From positions 1 through 24,702 of IMG/VR virus record IMGVR_UViG_2713897075_000003: a DNA stretch of 24,702 nt, one strand, 5' to 3'. Made by a program: the position numbers and the translations under genes. Position 1 is the stretch's first letter, and the number at the start of each line of letters is the position of its first letter. This document shows, in pieces, positions 1-8,488 of this stretch. The notes under the pieces are model-generated. The model was not told the origin of the DNA. It did not search any database and saw only the letters and a program-made list of their open reading frames with translations. Source of the DNA: a virus (taxonomy: Duplodnaviria > Heunggongvirae > Uroviricota > Caudoviricetes).

Positions 1-385
1 AATATAGGGGCAAATCCAATTCCCCACTTCGGGCATCATTGATGACATGAGTGATCACACCAAAAACAGCATTACTGCCCGTGTATCCATCGTCATCTAC
101 TGGTAACGCCTCTTTCTTCCCGGTGCTTAAGTCCTCCAGGTGCTGGCGCGGATACTTCCTGTATCTCTTTATGCAATATTCACCCTCCATAGCGCACACA
201 AGCAGAGAACCATCAACCGGAGTAAGCGAGGAATCAACCACCAGCAAAGCTCCCTGCAATATTCCCTCACGGTGATGGCTATCAGCTGCCCGCATGAAGT
301 AGGTCGCTGAAGGATGTCTAATTATCTGCTGATCAAGAGAAATTCGGCTTTCAACATAATCCGCCGCAGGAGAAGGGAAGCCCAT
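1..385 (-). CDS. umuD: UmuD'-like S24 peptidase (already-truncated UmuD' form, similar in organisation to P1 HumD); 3' end beyond window
   Basis: Minus-strand ORF starting ATG at 385 (RBS GAGGT 8 nt upstream). Translation MGFPSPAADYVESRISLDQQIIRHPSATYFMRAADSHH...GEYCIKRY...AVFGVITHVIN matches the UmuD/MucA hallmark CGFPSPAADYVE...HPSATYF...GDSM...GEFTVKK. Ser (ADSH) and Lys (IKRY) of the catalytic dyad are retained. The protein starts at the position of the UmuD->UmuD' cleavage site. No stop before the window edge. Confidence 0.75.
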   Translation of the reverse strand, partial: MGFPSPAADYVESRISLDQQIIRHPSATYFMRAADSHHREGILQGALLVVDSSLTPVDGSLLVCAMEGEYCIKRYRKYPRQHLEDLSTGKKEALPVDDDGYTGSNAVFGVITHVINDARSGELDLPLY

Positions 386-403
386 AGCGTTTTACCTCAA
401 TGA

Positions 404-449
404 TACTGTTTATTCATACAGTATACATTGAAAAGGCATAGTTTGTGAA
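404..449 (-). promoter_or_regulatory. SOS promoter: LexA box TACTGTTTATTCATACAGTA (404-423) overlapping a -10 TATACT (420-425), with -35 TTCACA (444-449)
   Basis: Perfect CTGT-N8-ACAG palindrome 19 bp upstream of the UmuD'-like start. On the minus strand TTCACA-18 nt-TATACT fits a sigma70 promoter whose -10 overlaps the box. Confidence 0.75.
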
Positions 450-508
450 AGCGGGGTTTGTAGGCGCGCCACGCTGGGGGCTAATCACATTTCTCCCCCA
501 TCTTGCCG

Positions 509-760
509 TTATTTTTTTGGTGCATCCTCGTTCTGATACACCGGATCGCTCCCTTTTGGCAACTGGAGGCTTAACTGCCGGTAGTGCCGTAGCCGTTCCA
601 TGAAATAGGCGCGCAGGTTTTCCGGTTGCTCACGGGCCACCTGCTCTGCAATCACAGGTATATTCAGCCGTTCTTTGTAAGCAACGCCGCTGGCGGCAAG
701 GTCTACGTTCACCTTGTCTCGCTCTTCCTGGCTTTTAGCTGCTATATTTCGATCTGACAC
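509..760 (-). CDS. Hypothetical small protein (83 aa)
   Basis: ORF track 509..760; GTG start preceded by GGAGG at 7 nt spacing; charged, protein-like composition. Confidence 0.5.
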   Translation of the reverse strand: MSDRNIAAKSQEERDKVNVDLAASGVAYKERLNIPVIAEQVAREQPENLRAYFMERLRHYRQLSLQLPKGSDPVYQNEDAPKK

Positions 761-792
761 AAGAAACCTCCAGGAGTTAGTGGATCAGGCAC

Positions 793-1143
793 ATGCACAA
801 TAACGTTCTCAATGTTAGCCGTTCAATTCAGACAATCAGAGACTGCACCAGTGTGGTGGCATCAATCCCATTGCGGAACAGCATAGACGAACTGCAAATT
901 CGTGTATTGAATCCGAATCAGGCTAATAAGCAATTGCGCTTTATTTTGACGCTGAAAAGTGAAACAGAGGGGATAAAGCACAGCGTAAAAGTGTTTTCTG
1001 AGGCCATTCTGCTTAATGGGAAGCTCCGGCATCTGGTAAGGCCAGAACGTCAATATCCTGACGTCCTGGCGCGTGAAAAAGACCTTCTTTCTGAAGTTCA
1101 GGATAGGGTGATCGATTTCGTCAAATGCTATCCCCTGCATTGA
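793..1143 (+). CDS. Hypothetical protein (116 aa) encoded antisense to the long minus-strand operon
   Basis: ORF track 793..1143. Composition is protein-like, whereas the overlapping minus ORF 862..1140 is about 17% aromatic and looks like a shadow frame. No convincing RBS, so low confidence. Confidence 0.35.
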   Translation: MHNNVLNVSRSIQTIRDCTSVVASIPLRNSIDELQIRVLNPNQANKQLRFILTLKSETEGIKHSVKVFSEAILLNGKLRHLVRPERQYPDVLAREKDLLSEVQDRVIDFVKCYPLH

Positions 1144-1412
1144 GGGCAGGTGTTCCCTTCCGCAAAGTAGGGAAAATTGCTATCAAGTTCATCACACCAT
1201 CTGCGATGGTCGTAGCACCAAAACGCCTCCCACGGTGCACGGAAATACTTCATCCACCAGGACACTCGATCAGGTATATCTGCTGGTGGCAGTTCTTCTG
1301 GCAATAATTTGCCTGATAATTCCCTTTCCGCCCGCGACAGCATTTTTTTGAGGCTCGCGTTCTCTTTTTCAAGCTCATCTACGCGCACCTGTAATTCAGC
1401 TTTCGTTGGCAT
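1128..1412 (-). CDS. Hypothetical protein (94 aa) with C-terminal CPQC motif
   Basis: ATG at 1412 with RBS GAGGTGG; N-terminal coiled-coil-like segment (AELQVRVDELEKENASLKKMLSRAERE); C-terminal ...GNTCPQCRG. Start overlaps the 3' end of the upstream gene. Confidence 0.5.
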   Translation of the reverse strand: MPTKAELQVRVDELEKENASLKKMLSRAERELSGKLLPEELPPADIPDRVSWWMKYFRAPWEAFWCYDHRRWCDELDSNFPYFAEGNTCPQCRG

Positions 1413-2394
1413 GGTCCACCTCATGCTTTTCAGCCACCAGCGGCAATAAAGCCCTGGCCATCTTATGAACCAATAGTGCATCAATAATGCCAAGCGTATG
1501 CCCCGGCTTAATGTTTAATGCCGCCTCAAGGTGACACCTTTCCAGGTCACTTTTCTCGGCTTGTTTATGATGATCTGGTGTAATAACGTCGCCCAAAACA
1601 CGGCTAATTCTTTCTCGTAATTGCTGGGTGCCAGCACACTTGATCGCTGTATCGTGGAGACGGTTAACCAGTTCGCGATAAACATGCGGCTTAATGCGGA
1701 TACGTTCACCGGTGACGCCCTTTCCTGGCGCTGGCACCGAACTATCCGGAATATCCGGATAGTTGCCAGCCAGTCTACGCAAAACAGCCTTAACAGCCTC
1801 AATACGGTCATCATCGCAATTTTCCAGCGTATCTATGCGGTCGAGCATGATGATTGCGTTATCAATATCAGGATTGCCGGTCCACTCATTACCGCGATTG
1901 GATTCGGCAGCCTGGTTGCCACGTACTGGTTGATTCTCGGCTTTACCCAGTCTGTCGTCGCTGCATGAATGCCCTTCCAGCCAGGCCAGTGCTTGTCGCA
2001 TGAAATACGCAATATGCTTGCCGTGGTAATCGTCTTCATCGATGTGAAAAGCGATACTGCGGATGTATTCAATTGCGTTTTCAATGGCCTCTAACGCTAT
2101 CGGCGCTGGCGGAGTGGTATATAGTTTTCGACATTTGTATATCCAACCGGCATGGTCAGGCGTGTCTGTAAAGCGCAAATCGTCTTCGTAGCACTCACGA
2201 CTTCGTTCTTTCCATTCCGTCCACGGAACACCGCTATTCCAGGTGGGGCGAGTGCAGGACTGATACAGAACAGGCTCTGCTTCCAGCGATGCCAGCGCAA
2301 TCTGTGCCAGTTCCATTTGTTCACCACGGGTAAGCCCGTTTTCAAGCGGATTTTTAATGAACAATTCAATACGTTCTTTGGTAATAGTGGTCAT
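1396..2394 (-). CDS. Hypothetical phage protein (332 aa), MTTITKER paralog family
   Basis: ORF track; ATG 2394 with RBS AAGGAG. N-terminus MTTITKER...IALASLEAEPV is shared with the 122-aa ORF at 2670..3038. C-terminal segment YRELVNRLHDTAIKCAGTQQLRERI resembles the C-terminus of the DUF4406-like protein at 9813..10436. Confidence 0.6.
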   Translation of the reverse strand: MTTITKERIELFIKNPLENGLTRGEQMELAQIALASLEAEPVLYQSCTRPTWNSGVPWTEWKERSRECYEDDLRFTDTPDHAGWIYKCRKLYTTPPAPIALEAIENAIEYIRSIAFHIDEDDYHGKHIAYFMRQALAWLEGHSCSDDRLGKAENQPVRGNQAAESNRGNEWTGNPDIDNAIIMLDRIDTLENCDDDRIEAVKAVLRRLAGNYPDIPDSSVPAPGKGVTGERIRIKPHVYRELVNRLHDTAIKCAGTQQLRERISRVLGDVITPDHHKQAEKSDLERCHLEAALNIKPGHTLGIIDALLVHKMARALLPLVAEKHEVDHANES

Positions 2395-2404
2395 GTGTTA
2401 CTCC

Positions 2405-2668
2405 TTAACCCGCAGTGCTTTCAACTGATGAGGGGAACAAAATCTTTTCATCAAACCCTGCATTCATATCATGAACAGCAACACACCAATCCATCGACGA
2501 ACGATTATCAAGAGCCTCCATGATTTCATCCATGCGGCGCAGGTCATACAGGTAAATGCTTTTATCGCCAATGGTGTAAAAACCAATTTTTTTCGGTGAT
2601 GGGCAGCGATCAAGAACGTCCTGTAATTCGTTCAACCATGCCCGTTCTTTTTTTGTTAAAGTTGCCAT
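2405..2668 (-). CDS. Hypothetical small protein (87 aa)
   Basis: Internal ATG of track ORF 2405..2761 preceded by AAAGGAGAGTGAT; start overlaps the upstream stop. The same 16-bp initiation region recurs at 3241-3256. Confidence 0.45.
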   Translation of the reverse strand: MATLTKKERAWLNELQDVLDRCPSPKKIGFYTIGDKSIYLYDLRRMDEIMEALDNRSSMDWCVAVHDMNAGFDEKILFPSSVESTAG

Positions 2669-2669
2669 A

Positions 2670-3038
2670 TCACTCTCCTTTCCCATGAAGCATAGCGGCG
2701 CGGCAGGCATTCCAGCCTGTAGCGTATGCAGCCGCTTTGCTGCTGCCTTCAACTGGCGCATCCTGCCAATACATTTCTTCCGGCACTACCTGCACCTGAG
2801 GGGTGGCGTAGAGTGGAATTCCTCCCCCTCCACCAGAAAATTCATTGCGAGCGTTATACTCACGACCATCTGCGTCATCACGCATCCACGCCACCGGTTC
2901 TGCTTCCAGCGATGCCAGCGCGATACGAAACACATTGGCAAGCAGGCTGTCTGAAGATTGGTTATCGTGCGCCGGGTCGCTCAGGAAGCCTGTGATGAAT
3001 GATTTAATCTCCGCACGTTCTTTGGTAATAGTGGTCAT
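2670..3038 (-). CDS. Hypothetical protein (122 aa), MTTITKER paralog with poly-Gly linker
   Basis: ORF track; N-terminus MTTITKERAEI...IALASLEAEPV; 33-bp DNA repeat with the start region of 1396..2394; RBS GAGGA. Confidence 0.5.
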   Translation of the reverse strand: MTTITKERAEIKSFITGFLSDPAHDNQSSDSLLANVFRIALASLEAEPVAWMRDDADGREYNARNEFSGGGGGIPLYATPQVQVVPEEMYWQDAPVEGSSKAAAYATGWNACRAAMLHGKGE

Positions 3039-3244
3039 GTGTTAATCCTCAAAACTTTATGCCCGGGCGCAAAAGTACGTGTTTTGTCTTTGCTTATTCG
3101 CCAGCCATCCTTGCGCGCCTCTTTTGCACAGCCAGCCCATGACGTACCTATATACTCACCGAAGTCTGGCACTGGATATACACCTTCCGTGCACTGACGG
3201 CAGTCACAATAGAGATGCATGGTGTAACTTGCAGCGATAGCCAT
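3035..3244 (-). CDS. Hypothetical Cys-rich small protein (69 aa; CDCRQC motif)
   Basis: Internal ATG at 3244 of track ORF 3035..3316, preceded by AAAGGAGAGTGAT (duplicate of the initiation region at 2668). Confidence 0.4.
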   Translation of the reverse strand: MAIAASYTMHLYCDCRQCTEGVYPVPDFGEYIGTSWAGCAKEARKDGWRISKDKTRTFAPGHKVLRINT

Positions 3245-3245
3245 A

Positions 3246-3434
3246 TCACTCTCCTTTAGTACGCAAGTGGTTTTTCCAGCGGTTTTGCGCCGCGCTGGGC
3301 TTTTTGCAAAAACCACAATCCATCATCCCGTAATATTTCATCAACCCCATCCGTCGGTTGCTGAGTCTCACCCACTGCCAGACGCCAGGAGCGTTTCTAC
3401 GAACTAACAGAATCTTTGCTTTACGGTTTTTCAT
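3246..3434 (-). CDS. Hypothetical basic small protein (62 aa, MKNRKAK...)
   Basis: ORF track; K/R-rich; start overlaps the stop of the upstream paralog (ATGA). Confidence 0.4.
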   Translation of the reverse strand: MKNRKAKILLVRRNAPGVWQWVRLSNRRMGLMKYYGMMDCGFCKKPSAAQNRWKNHLRTKGE

Positions 3435-3607
3435 CTTACTGCGTACCCTTTCTTCCGCCTGTTCTGTGACGCAGTAGGCTTACGCTTTGCGGCAAAAGCC
3501 ACCTGACCAAATGGATGGAGTACCGCTATCTTATGGTTGCTAATAACCAGCTCCACCACACGCACAGGTCGCTGTAAAAAAAGTCGTTTTGCCTTACGGT
3601 TTTTCAT
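3431..3607 (-). CDS. Hypothetical basic small protein (58 aa, MKNRKAKR...), tandem paralog of 3246..3434
   Basis: Hand translation (below the 60-aa track cutoff): MKNRKAKRLFLQRPVRVVELVISNHKIAVLHPFGQVAFAAKRKPTASQNRRKKGYAVR; RBS AGGAGA 8 nt upstream; about 17-bp start-region repeat shared with the next gene. Confidence 0.3.
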   Translation of the reverse strand: MKNRKAKRLFLQRPVRVVELVISNHKIAVLHPFGQVAFAAKRKPTASQNRRKKGYAVR

Positions 3608-3779
3608 CGCTTTGCTCTCCTGCGTCTCTTTGCTGCTCGTCGTGCCGCTGCAATACCGGTATGGCGGCGCTTTGGTGCTGGGGTGATGTTGTCAGCCATC
3701 AGGACCTGTGGCTTTGCAATTAGCGCAGAAGCCCAAAAACGAGTCGGGTACGGTAACAAGCCAATACATGCCACACGCA

Positions 3780-4226
3780 CTACTCACCTCCGTTGATGCG
3801 AATGCCTGTTGCAATGCTGTTTATGATGCTGTCAGTGCATGGGGTAGAAAGCTGGGCATCTCCAGCAATTTTCATGACATCAACATCTGCATATCGAATA
3901 CCGAGGTGTATCAGACCGGCTATACCTGACTTAAGCCGAGCATTTTCCATAAACAGATCCTTTGCCCGCTGTTTTTCTGCCTCAAGCTCAACGCGCAACT
4001 TCCCTACCGTTAGCGCAATATCCTCGTTCTCCTGGTCGCGGGATTTGATGTATTGCTGGTTTCTTTCCAGTTCATCCAGCAGTGCCAGCGCGATATCTGG
4101 CGAAAAGTGCTTCATAAAATCGTTAAGCGCATTAATTCGCTGATCGAAGGGCATTACAGGTGCTTCACCAGCAATTTTTGTTTTTTCAGCGATTTCACGA
4201 AGCTTTTGATAATCAATCTTGCTCAC
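3780..4226 (-). CDS. Ea22-like family protein (148 aa)
   Basis: GTG start overlapping the upstream stop (GTGA), RBS AAGGAGG; N-terminus MSKIDYQKLREIAEK and coiled-coil [16 protein letters not shown] are typical of the Ea22/Ead-like paralog family of lambdoid prophages. Confidence 0.55.
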   Translation of the reverse strand: MSKIDYQKLREIAEKTKIAGEAPVMPFDQRINALNDFMKHFSPDIALALLDELERNQQYIKSRDQENEDIALTVGKLRVELEAEKQRAKDLFMENARLKSGIAGLIHLGIRYADVDVMKIAGDAQLSTPCTDSIINSIATGIRINGGE

Positions 4227-4810
4227 TGGTTGCCTCCTTTGCGAAGCTGTTCAGCAATACTTACGCATATCTCTGCGCCTCTAATCAGCCCCGGAACGTT
4301 CTTGTTTGGCCCAACTTCACCATCAACAAAATCAATCATCGCGTTACGAGCCATATCCACCCCCTGCGCACGTACTTCAGCCAGGAGAGCGTCGGTAGCT
4401 GGGGTTTCCGTGAAGTTGTCCTCCCAACCGTAGTACTCCTGACGACAGAAGTTATTAAATTCCTTCTCCGACTGTTTAAGCGCCGCATTCTCCACTGCCA
4501 GCGCCGCGCACTTGGCCTCAAGAGCGGCAACCACTTCCTGATGGTCTTTGTACTTAACGTATGAGCCGGAGATGTCATCACCTTCGGTGTTTAGCCATGC
4601 GTCATTGCAATTCACTGCGTAGGTTCTGATGCTGATGCTCTCCCGCCCCTGACAGACGCCAGGCCAGTCAATAAAGTATCCGCAATGCCTACCCTCAGAC
4701 GTGCGCGCAGGATAAATGCCGTTATGACCCGGCAAAATATATGCTACCCATTCATCTTGCGTTGCCTGTTCCGCCGCCTCGCGCAGTTCTTGATAGTTAA
4801 TTTTGCTCAC
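4223..4810 (-). CDS. Ea22-like family protein (195 aa)
   Basis: GTG start; N-terminus MSKINYQELREAAEQ; C-terminal ...AEQLRKGGNQ shared with the paralog at 7778..8488. Confidence 0.55.
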   Translation of the reverse strand: MSKINYQELREAAEQATQDEWVAYILPGHNGIYPARTSEGRHCGYFIDWPGVCQGRESISIRTYAVNCNDAWLNTEGDDISGSYVKYKDHQEVVAALEAKCAALAVENAALKQSEKEFNNFCRQEYYGWEDNFTETPATDALLAEVRAQGVDMARNAMIDFVDGEVGPNKNVPGLIRGAEICVSIAEQLRKGGNQ

Positions 4811-5486
4811 TGGTTGCCCCCTGAATACGCTTAAACTCGATTACCCACACCCAAGGATTAGCGTTCCAACTATCTTCGCCATAAATTGATTTCCATAGGC
4901 TACGGAAACTTGGGTAATGCTTATCGCCAATGAGGGTCGATTCTGTTGGTGCGCCCTCAGCCCTTGCATCGCATTCGCTGATATCGTTCAACCGCTCAAC
5001 GCGCACGTTGGTAATTTCCAGAAGAATGCGCGATGCCCAGCGCGGCATGTGAATTGATGGACACCACCCGCCATCAAATTTTTCATTCACAGTGTGAGGT
5101 TTCCAGTCGGCATCATCGGGTATCGACCACAAGCCGTAATCACCCGGCTTTTGCTCACAACTGGCCCGATAAATCCTTGCTGCGTTCTTCTCATCGCCAC
5201 GACAAAGGTTGTCGTTCCAGTCCACACTGCAACCATCCTCATTGCCTAATATCGCCCACGCCTCACGGACCCATATGCGATCACCAACGTTACCGAACGG
5301 GCATAAACCATGTTCAGGTGCATCCATAACGTGGGTATAGACACCATTGCGTTTCTTTGTCGGTTTACGGATAACCAGGCAGTTATCGGCCCTGACATTT
5401 TTTACAGGTCGGCGAGTCTGCGTCTTCCTTCCTTCGAGGATGGCCCTGGCCATCTCATCGTTAAAAATCATCCCGCGTTCTTTCAT
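4797..5486 (-). CDS. Hypothetical phage protein (229 aa), possibly ASCH/PUA-like N-terminus
   Basis: Track ORF 4797..5498; first ATG at 5486 is preceded by GAGGTGG. N-terminus MKERGMIFNDEMARAILEGRKTQTRR. The family assignment is a guess. Confidence 0.5.
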   Translation of the reverse strand: MKERGMIFNDEMARAILEGRKTQTRRPVKNVRADNCLVIRKPTKKRNGVYTHVMDAPEHGLCPFGNVGDRIWVREAWAILGNEDGCSVDWNDNLCRGDEKNAARIYRASCEQKPGDYGLWSIPDDADWKPHTVNEKFDGGWCPSIHMPRWASRILLEITNVRVERLNDISECDARAEGAPTESTLIGDKHYPSFRSLWKSIYGEDSWNANPWVWVIEFKRIQGATSEQN

Positions 5487-5502
5487 TTTTTGATCCACCT
5501 CA

Positions 5503-6498
5503 TCAGTTATTGAAAGTGATCACTCCGCGCTCGATGGCGAAGTCAAAAAGCTGGTTAGCGGCTACGTAAAGGCGTATGCCATGTGCTTTTTCCCATGCCC
5601 GGACATCGTTTTCTGCGCTTCTGGCGCATTCATCGCAAAGAGGAACAGCCCAGCGGTCGTGTTCGTTTAACGAGCGAGCGCGGTACATGAATGGGTGGTT
5701 AACTTTGCCACCGCATCCGATGCACGGACGAGAAACTACAAACCGGAGATAAGCCGGGCTTTTACCGAGGACCGCTTTTGGTCGGCGCATATAAAGCAGG
5801 CCGGAATCCTCATCTACAGACAGGTTGACGATCTGCTCTGCGGTTATGTCCACCAGCTCGCGGGTACTGTGCTCCCAGGTGATATCTGATTCTTTCAGCG
5901 TACCGGTAGGGATTTCAGTTTTTGGCTGACAAAATGCAATGCGACCGGCTTCATCTGGCAGCTCATCTTTCAGATTCCGGCGAATGGCCCAAAAAGTGAG
6001 TTCAACCATGCTCAGATCGCGTTCTGGCGGTAGTTTTAACTCGCTCGCAGCCCAGTTCATAACCCAGTTGGCACGATTCAGGGATAACTGGTCGTCCAGC
6101 TTGCTGTACCCCTTCATCATGTATTCCGCATCATGCTTCCAGCACAGGCGAACGGCAGAGCCGTTATAGAAATGAGTGGTTAGCTGGTGGCTGCAATCGC
6201 GCTTATCGTGCGCCTGGCAATCGTGGATATTGGAACTTACCCAATGAACAAGCGAATCTTCACCGCCCAACGCGTTAAATACGCGCTCGCTTTGAAAAAA
6301 CGGTTTCAGAGACTGGTTGGCAACCAGCGAATAATTCAGATCCACTACGCCATCTGGCGTGTTTTCAGCCTGTTCACGCGGAAGTGGGGAGATAATGAAA
6401 CGGCGACCTACGCCAATGTAGTTACTGGTGGGCTTGTCTACCGGAAAGACAGCCACACCAGCTCCGTTTACGAAATGAGGTGTGATTATTGCACTCAT
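5503..6498 (-). CDS. DUF968-like phage protein (331 aa) with C-terminal Cys/His cluster
   Basis: ORF track. C-terminal CIGCGGKVNHPFMYRARSLNEHDRWAVPLCDEC resembles the Cys/His core of the Ref-like protein at 10710..11288. Confidence 0.55.
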   Translation of the reverse strand: MSAIITPHFVNGAGVAVFPVDKPTSNYIGVGRRFIISPLPREQAENTPDGVVDLNYSLVANQSLKPFFQSERVFNALGGEDSLVHWVSSNIHDCQAHDKRDCSHQLTTHFYNGSAVRLCWKHDAEYMMKGYSKLDDQLSLNRANWVMNWAASELKLPPERDLSMVELTFWAIRRNLKDELPDEAGRIAFCQPKTEIPTGTLKESDITWEHSTRELVDITAEQIVNLSVDEDSGLLYMRRPKAVLGKSPAYLRFVVSRPCIGCGGKVNHPFMYRARSLNEHDRWAVPLCDECARSAENDVRAWEKAHGIRLYVAANQLFDFAIERGVITFNN

Positions 6499-6538
6499 AA
6501 TGCATACCGACTCTGTTTTGTTCCGAGCGGTAAAATAA

Positions 6539-6571
6539 TATGTTAGAAAATTAAAATCAACAATCTAACAC
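6539..6571. promoter_or_regulatory. Operator-like inverted repeat TGTTAGA-N16-TCTAACA (site 1), probable internal promoter region
   Basis: aTGTTAGAaaattaaaatcaacaaTCTAACAc in the 104-bp gap between the phosphatase and DUF968-like genes. Same architecture as sites at 10631-10660 and 21481-21510. Coordinates +/-1 because of the 6481 discrepancy. Confidence 0.5.
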
Positions 6572-6602
6572 AGTTTTGAGCGCGTAAACGATGTAACCCG
6601 GC

Positions 6603-7286
6603 TTACGGTTGCCCTCCCTTCACCTGCATTAGCGTCAGGTTTCCGCAAAATACAGCACCAGTATCGATATAATGCTGGTTCCAGAATGCTTTTGGGCTTT
6701 TAGCCGGGGTGTGTCCGAAGATAAATCGATCTGCACCTGTAATTTCTTCACCGATGCCATCTATCGAATCACTAACACGGTCGCGCGACCAGATGACATT
6801 GAAAAGCGGCACAGCCTTACCGAACTGATACTCTCTATCCGGATAGTCAGCATGAGAAATGACAATAGTCTCCTGCCCGGTGTTCAGCTCAATGATATGA
6901 GGCAATTGCCTTACCAGCTCCACCAGCGCCCTGGCTAAAACTTCCTTATCACTATCCAGCATAAAGAACCACTGACCGCCATTCATTAGCCAGTTATTCA
7001 CGTTTCCAGCTGGGCTTAACGCATCGATCATCAACCGCTCATGGTTACCCATGACAGCCCGGAACCAGGGCATTTGCAATAACTCCAGGCATTCGACATT
7101 TTCAGTGCCGCGATCGATAAGGTCGCCGACTGATATCAGTAAATCCTGCGCCGGGTCAAAATCCACACGATGGAGTTCATTCATAAGCAGGGTGTAGCAA
7201 CCGTGCAAATCACCAACAACCCATATGTTTCTGTATCCTGAACCATCAATACGGCTATATAACGCCTGGTCGTTAACGGTGATCAT
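6603..7286 (-). CDS. Serine/threonine protein phosphatase, lambda-PPase-type metallophosphoesterase (227 aa)
   Basis: Motifs GDLHG, GDLIDRG, GNHE and overall close match to lambda phosphatase / E. coli PrpA/PrpB ([13 protein letters not shown]..., [45 protein letters not shown]). Confidence 0.85.
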   Translation of the reverse strand: MITVNDQALYSRIDGSGYRNIWVVGDLHGCYTLLMNELHRVDFDPAQDLLISVGDLIDRGTENVECLELLQMPWFRAVMGNHERLMIDALSPAGNVNNWLMNGGQWFFMLDSDKEVLARALVELVRQLPHIIELNTGQETIVISHADYPDREYQFGKAVPLFNVIWSRDRVSDSIDGIGEEITGADRFIFGHTPAKSPKAFWNQHYIDTGAVFCGNLTLMQVKGGQP

Positions 7287-7510
7287 TCTGCAACATCCTC
7301 CAAATCAGCAACCGCGTCCATCACATCAGAACCGCGAATAACTTCAAAAGCGCGGCAGGCCATTTGAAATACCTGTTGTTCTTGCGGGTGCGGAGACTCC
7401 CAATATTTGAAGCCTGGGCGATGCGTGTACCCCATCATGGAATAAAAATCGCCAGCAAGTTCAATCGCGGCATCAACAAGTTCGCGATTAGTCATTCGCT
7501 TTGCTGCCAT
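7283..7510 (-). CDS. Hypothetical small protein (75 aa)
   Basis: ORF track; stop overlaps the phosphatase start (ATGA). Confidence 0.45.
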   Translation of the reverse strand: MAAKRMTNRELVDAAIELAGDFYSMMGYTHRPGFKYWESPHPQEQQVFQMACRAFEVIRGSDVMDAVADLEDVAE

Positions 7511-7781
7511 TTGCTTTCTCCTGTCGGAACATCACGATCATCAGGTCACCTTTTGTCGCTATCCTGGCTGTTGTGCCAGGCTCAATGCGGCTAAGTTCAA
7601 ATGCGTCATAGAACGCCTCTAACGCTTTCTGGCGTCTCTCCTGTTTGCGGCGCTTTCCCCACTGCTTTAGAAAAACAGAGGCCGCCCACTTCCCCGCACT
7701 GAACATGATGTAAAACCAACCGAGCAGGGCCAAACCTGTTTTGAGGGCCGTATCGAGCGTTATCGTGGTGTCGATATTCAC
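7488..7781 (-). CDS. Hypothetical small membrane protein (97 aa, one predicted TM helix)
   Basis: ORF track; hydrophobic stretch TGLALLGWFYIMFSAG followed by a basic segment; start overlaps the upstream stop. Confidence 0.45.
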   Translation of the reverse strand: MNIDTTITLDTALKTGLALLGWFYIMFSAGKWAASVFLKQWGKRRKQERRQKALEAFYDAFELSRIEPGTTARIATKGDLMIVMFRQEKANGSKAND

Positions 7782-8488
7782 TGATTGCCCCCTTCCCTAA
7801 GCTGTTCTGCACAATGCAGCAGCGCACCTGTCGCATCTTTAAGCGTCACTAGCTCGTCATCATCCAGTCCTACTCCCCTCGCGTCCCTGACAAACGCCGC
7901 GCAAAGGTCGTTAAACGCCCCCGCCCGCACTTCAGCCAGGAAAGCGCCAGTAGCAGGGGTGTCAATGCAAACACTGTCACGAAGGATGAAGAACGCATTA
8001 AGCATTCCTCTTTCTGGTACATCGTCCTGGCATTCCTCATATGCAACCAATGCATCCATCATTTTCTGACCGAATTGCTGAGGGTGTGCAGATTTCAGTG
8101 CTATATTCTCCGCCGCCAGCGTCGCGCGATTGCTCTCCAGTTCTGCAATGCGCTGTTTTGCAGCATCAAGTTCAATCGATAATTTTTCCAACTGCTCTTT
8201 ATGCTTCTTGTATTCCTGATATGCGTGCCAGGACTGACCTTTGCGCACACTATCAGTAATATCAGTAATCTGTTCTGGTGTTAGCGTGGTCAGTGGCTGT
8301 GCTGGGAAAATCAGCACTTTCCCGGAATCCCAATCAAAACCAGCGTGAATTGACTGAACCTCAACTGAAGGTGTTGAACCAATGCTGCCAGGCGAATGAA
8401 CAACGATCGTTACATCCATATCGCGACGATGGCTGTGGTTGTTGGACAAAATACGATTCACCAACTCAGAAAATTTGGAAAATTTCAT
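7778..8488 (-). CDS. Ea22-like family protein (236 aa)
   Basis: Internal ATG at 8488 of track ORF 7778..8539, overlapping the upstream stop (ATGA). Coiled coil ([30 protein letters not shown]) and C-terminal ...[10 protein letters not shown] shared with 4223..4810. Confidence 0.5.
   Translation of the reverse strand: MKFSKFSELVNRILSNNHSHRRDMDVTIVVHSPGSIGSTPSVEVQSIHAGFDWDSGKVLIFPAQPLTTLTPEQITDITDSVRKGQSWHAYQEYKKHKEQLEKLSIELDAAKQRIAELESNRATLAAENIALKSAHPQQFGQKMMDALVAYEECQDDVPERGMLNAFFILRDSVCIDTPATGAFLAEVRAGAFNDLCAAFVRDARGVGLDDDELVTLKDATGALLHCAEQLREGGNQ

Noticed and set aside
460-510. Hairpin TGGGGG-N15-CCCCCA followed by a T-run between the 83-aa gene and the UmuD'-like gene
   Set aside because: On the transcribed (minus) strand there is no U-tract after the stem; not a convincing terminator.
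862-1140. Minus-strand 92-aa ORF that would continue the leftward operon
   Set aside because: About 17% aromatic residues and no RBS; judged a shadow of the plus-strand ORF 793..1143, though this is not certain.
1515-2394. Six-frame ORFs nested inside the 332-aa gene (1515..1814 -, 1621..1968 +, 1833..2084 -, 2097..2369 -, 2152..2523 +)
   Set aside because: They overlap a longer ORF with proper RBS and start; their products are low-complexity or Cys/Trp/Arg-rich as expected for out-of-frame or antisense shadows. The same reasoning applies to nested ORFs such as 4053..4564 +, 5033..5329 +, 6672..6938 +, 16352..16682 -, 21007..21511 -, 21640..22149 -, 22373..22859 - and 24109..24375 +.
6481-6600. 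One-base mismatch between my reading of the sequence text and the ORF track (5503..6498 and 6187..6546 both imply an extra T at about 6481)
   Set aside because: Could not be resolved without re-deriving the sequence; ORF-track coordinates were used for genes, and site-1 coordinates are flagged as +/-1.
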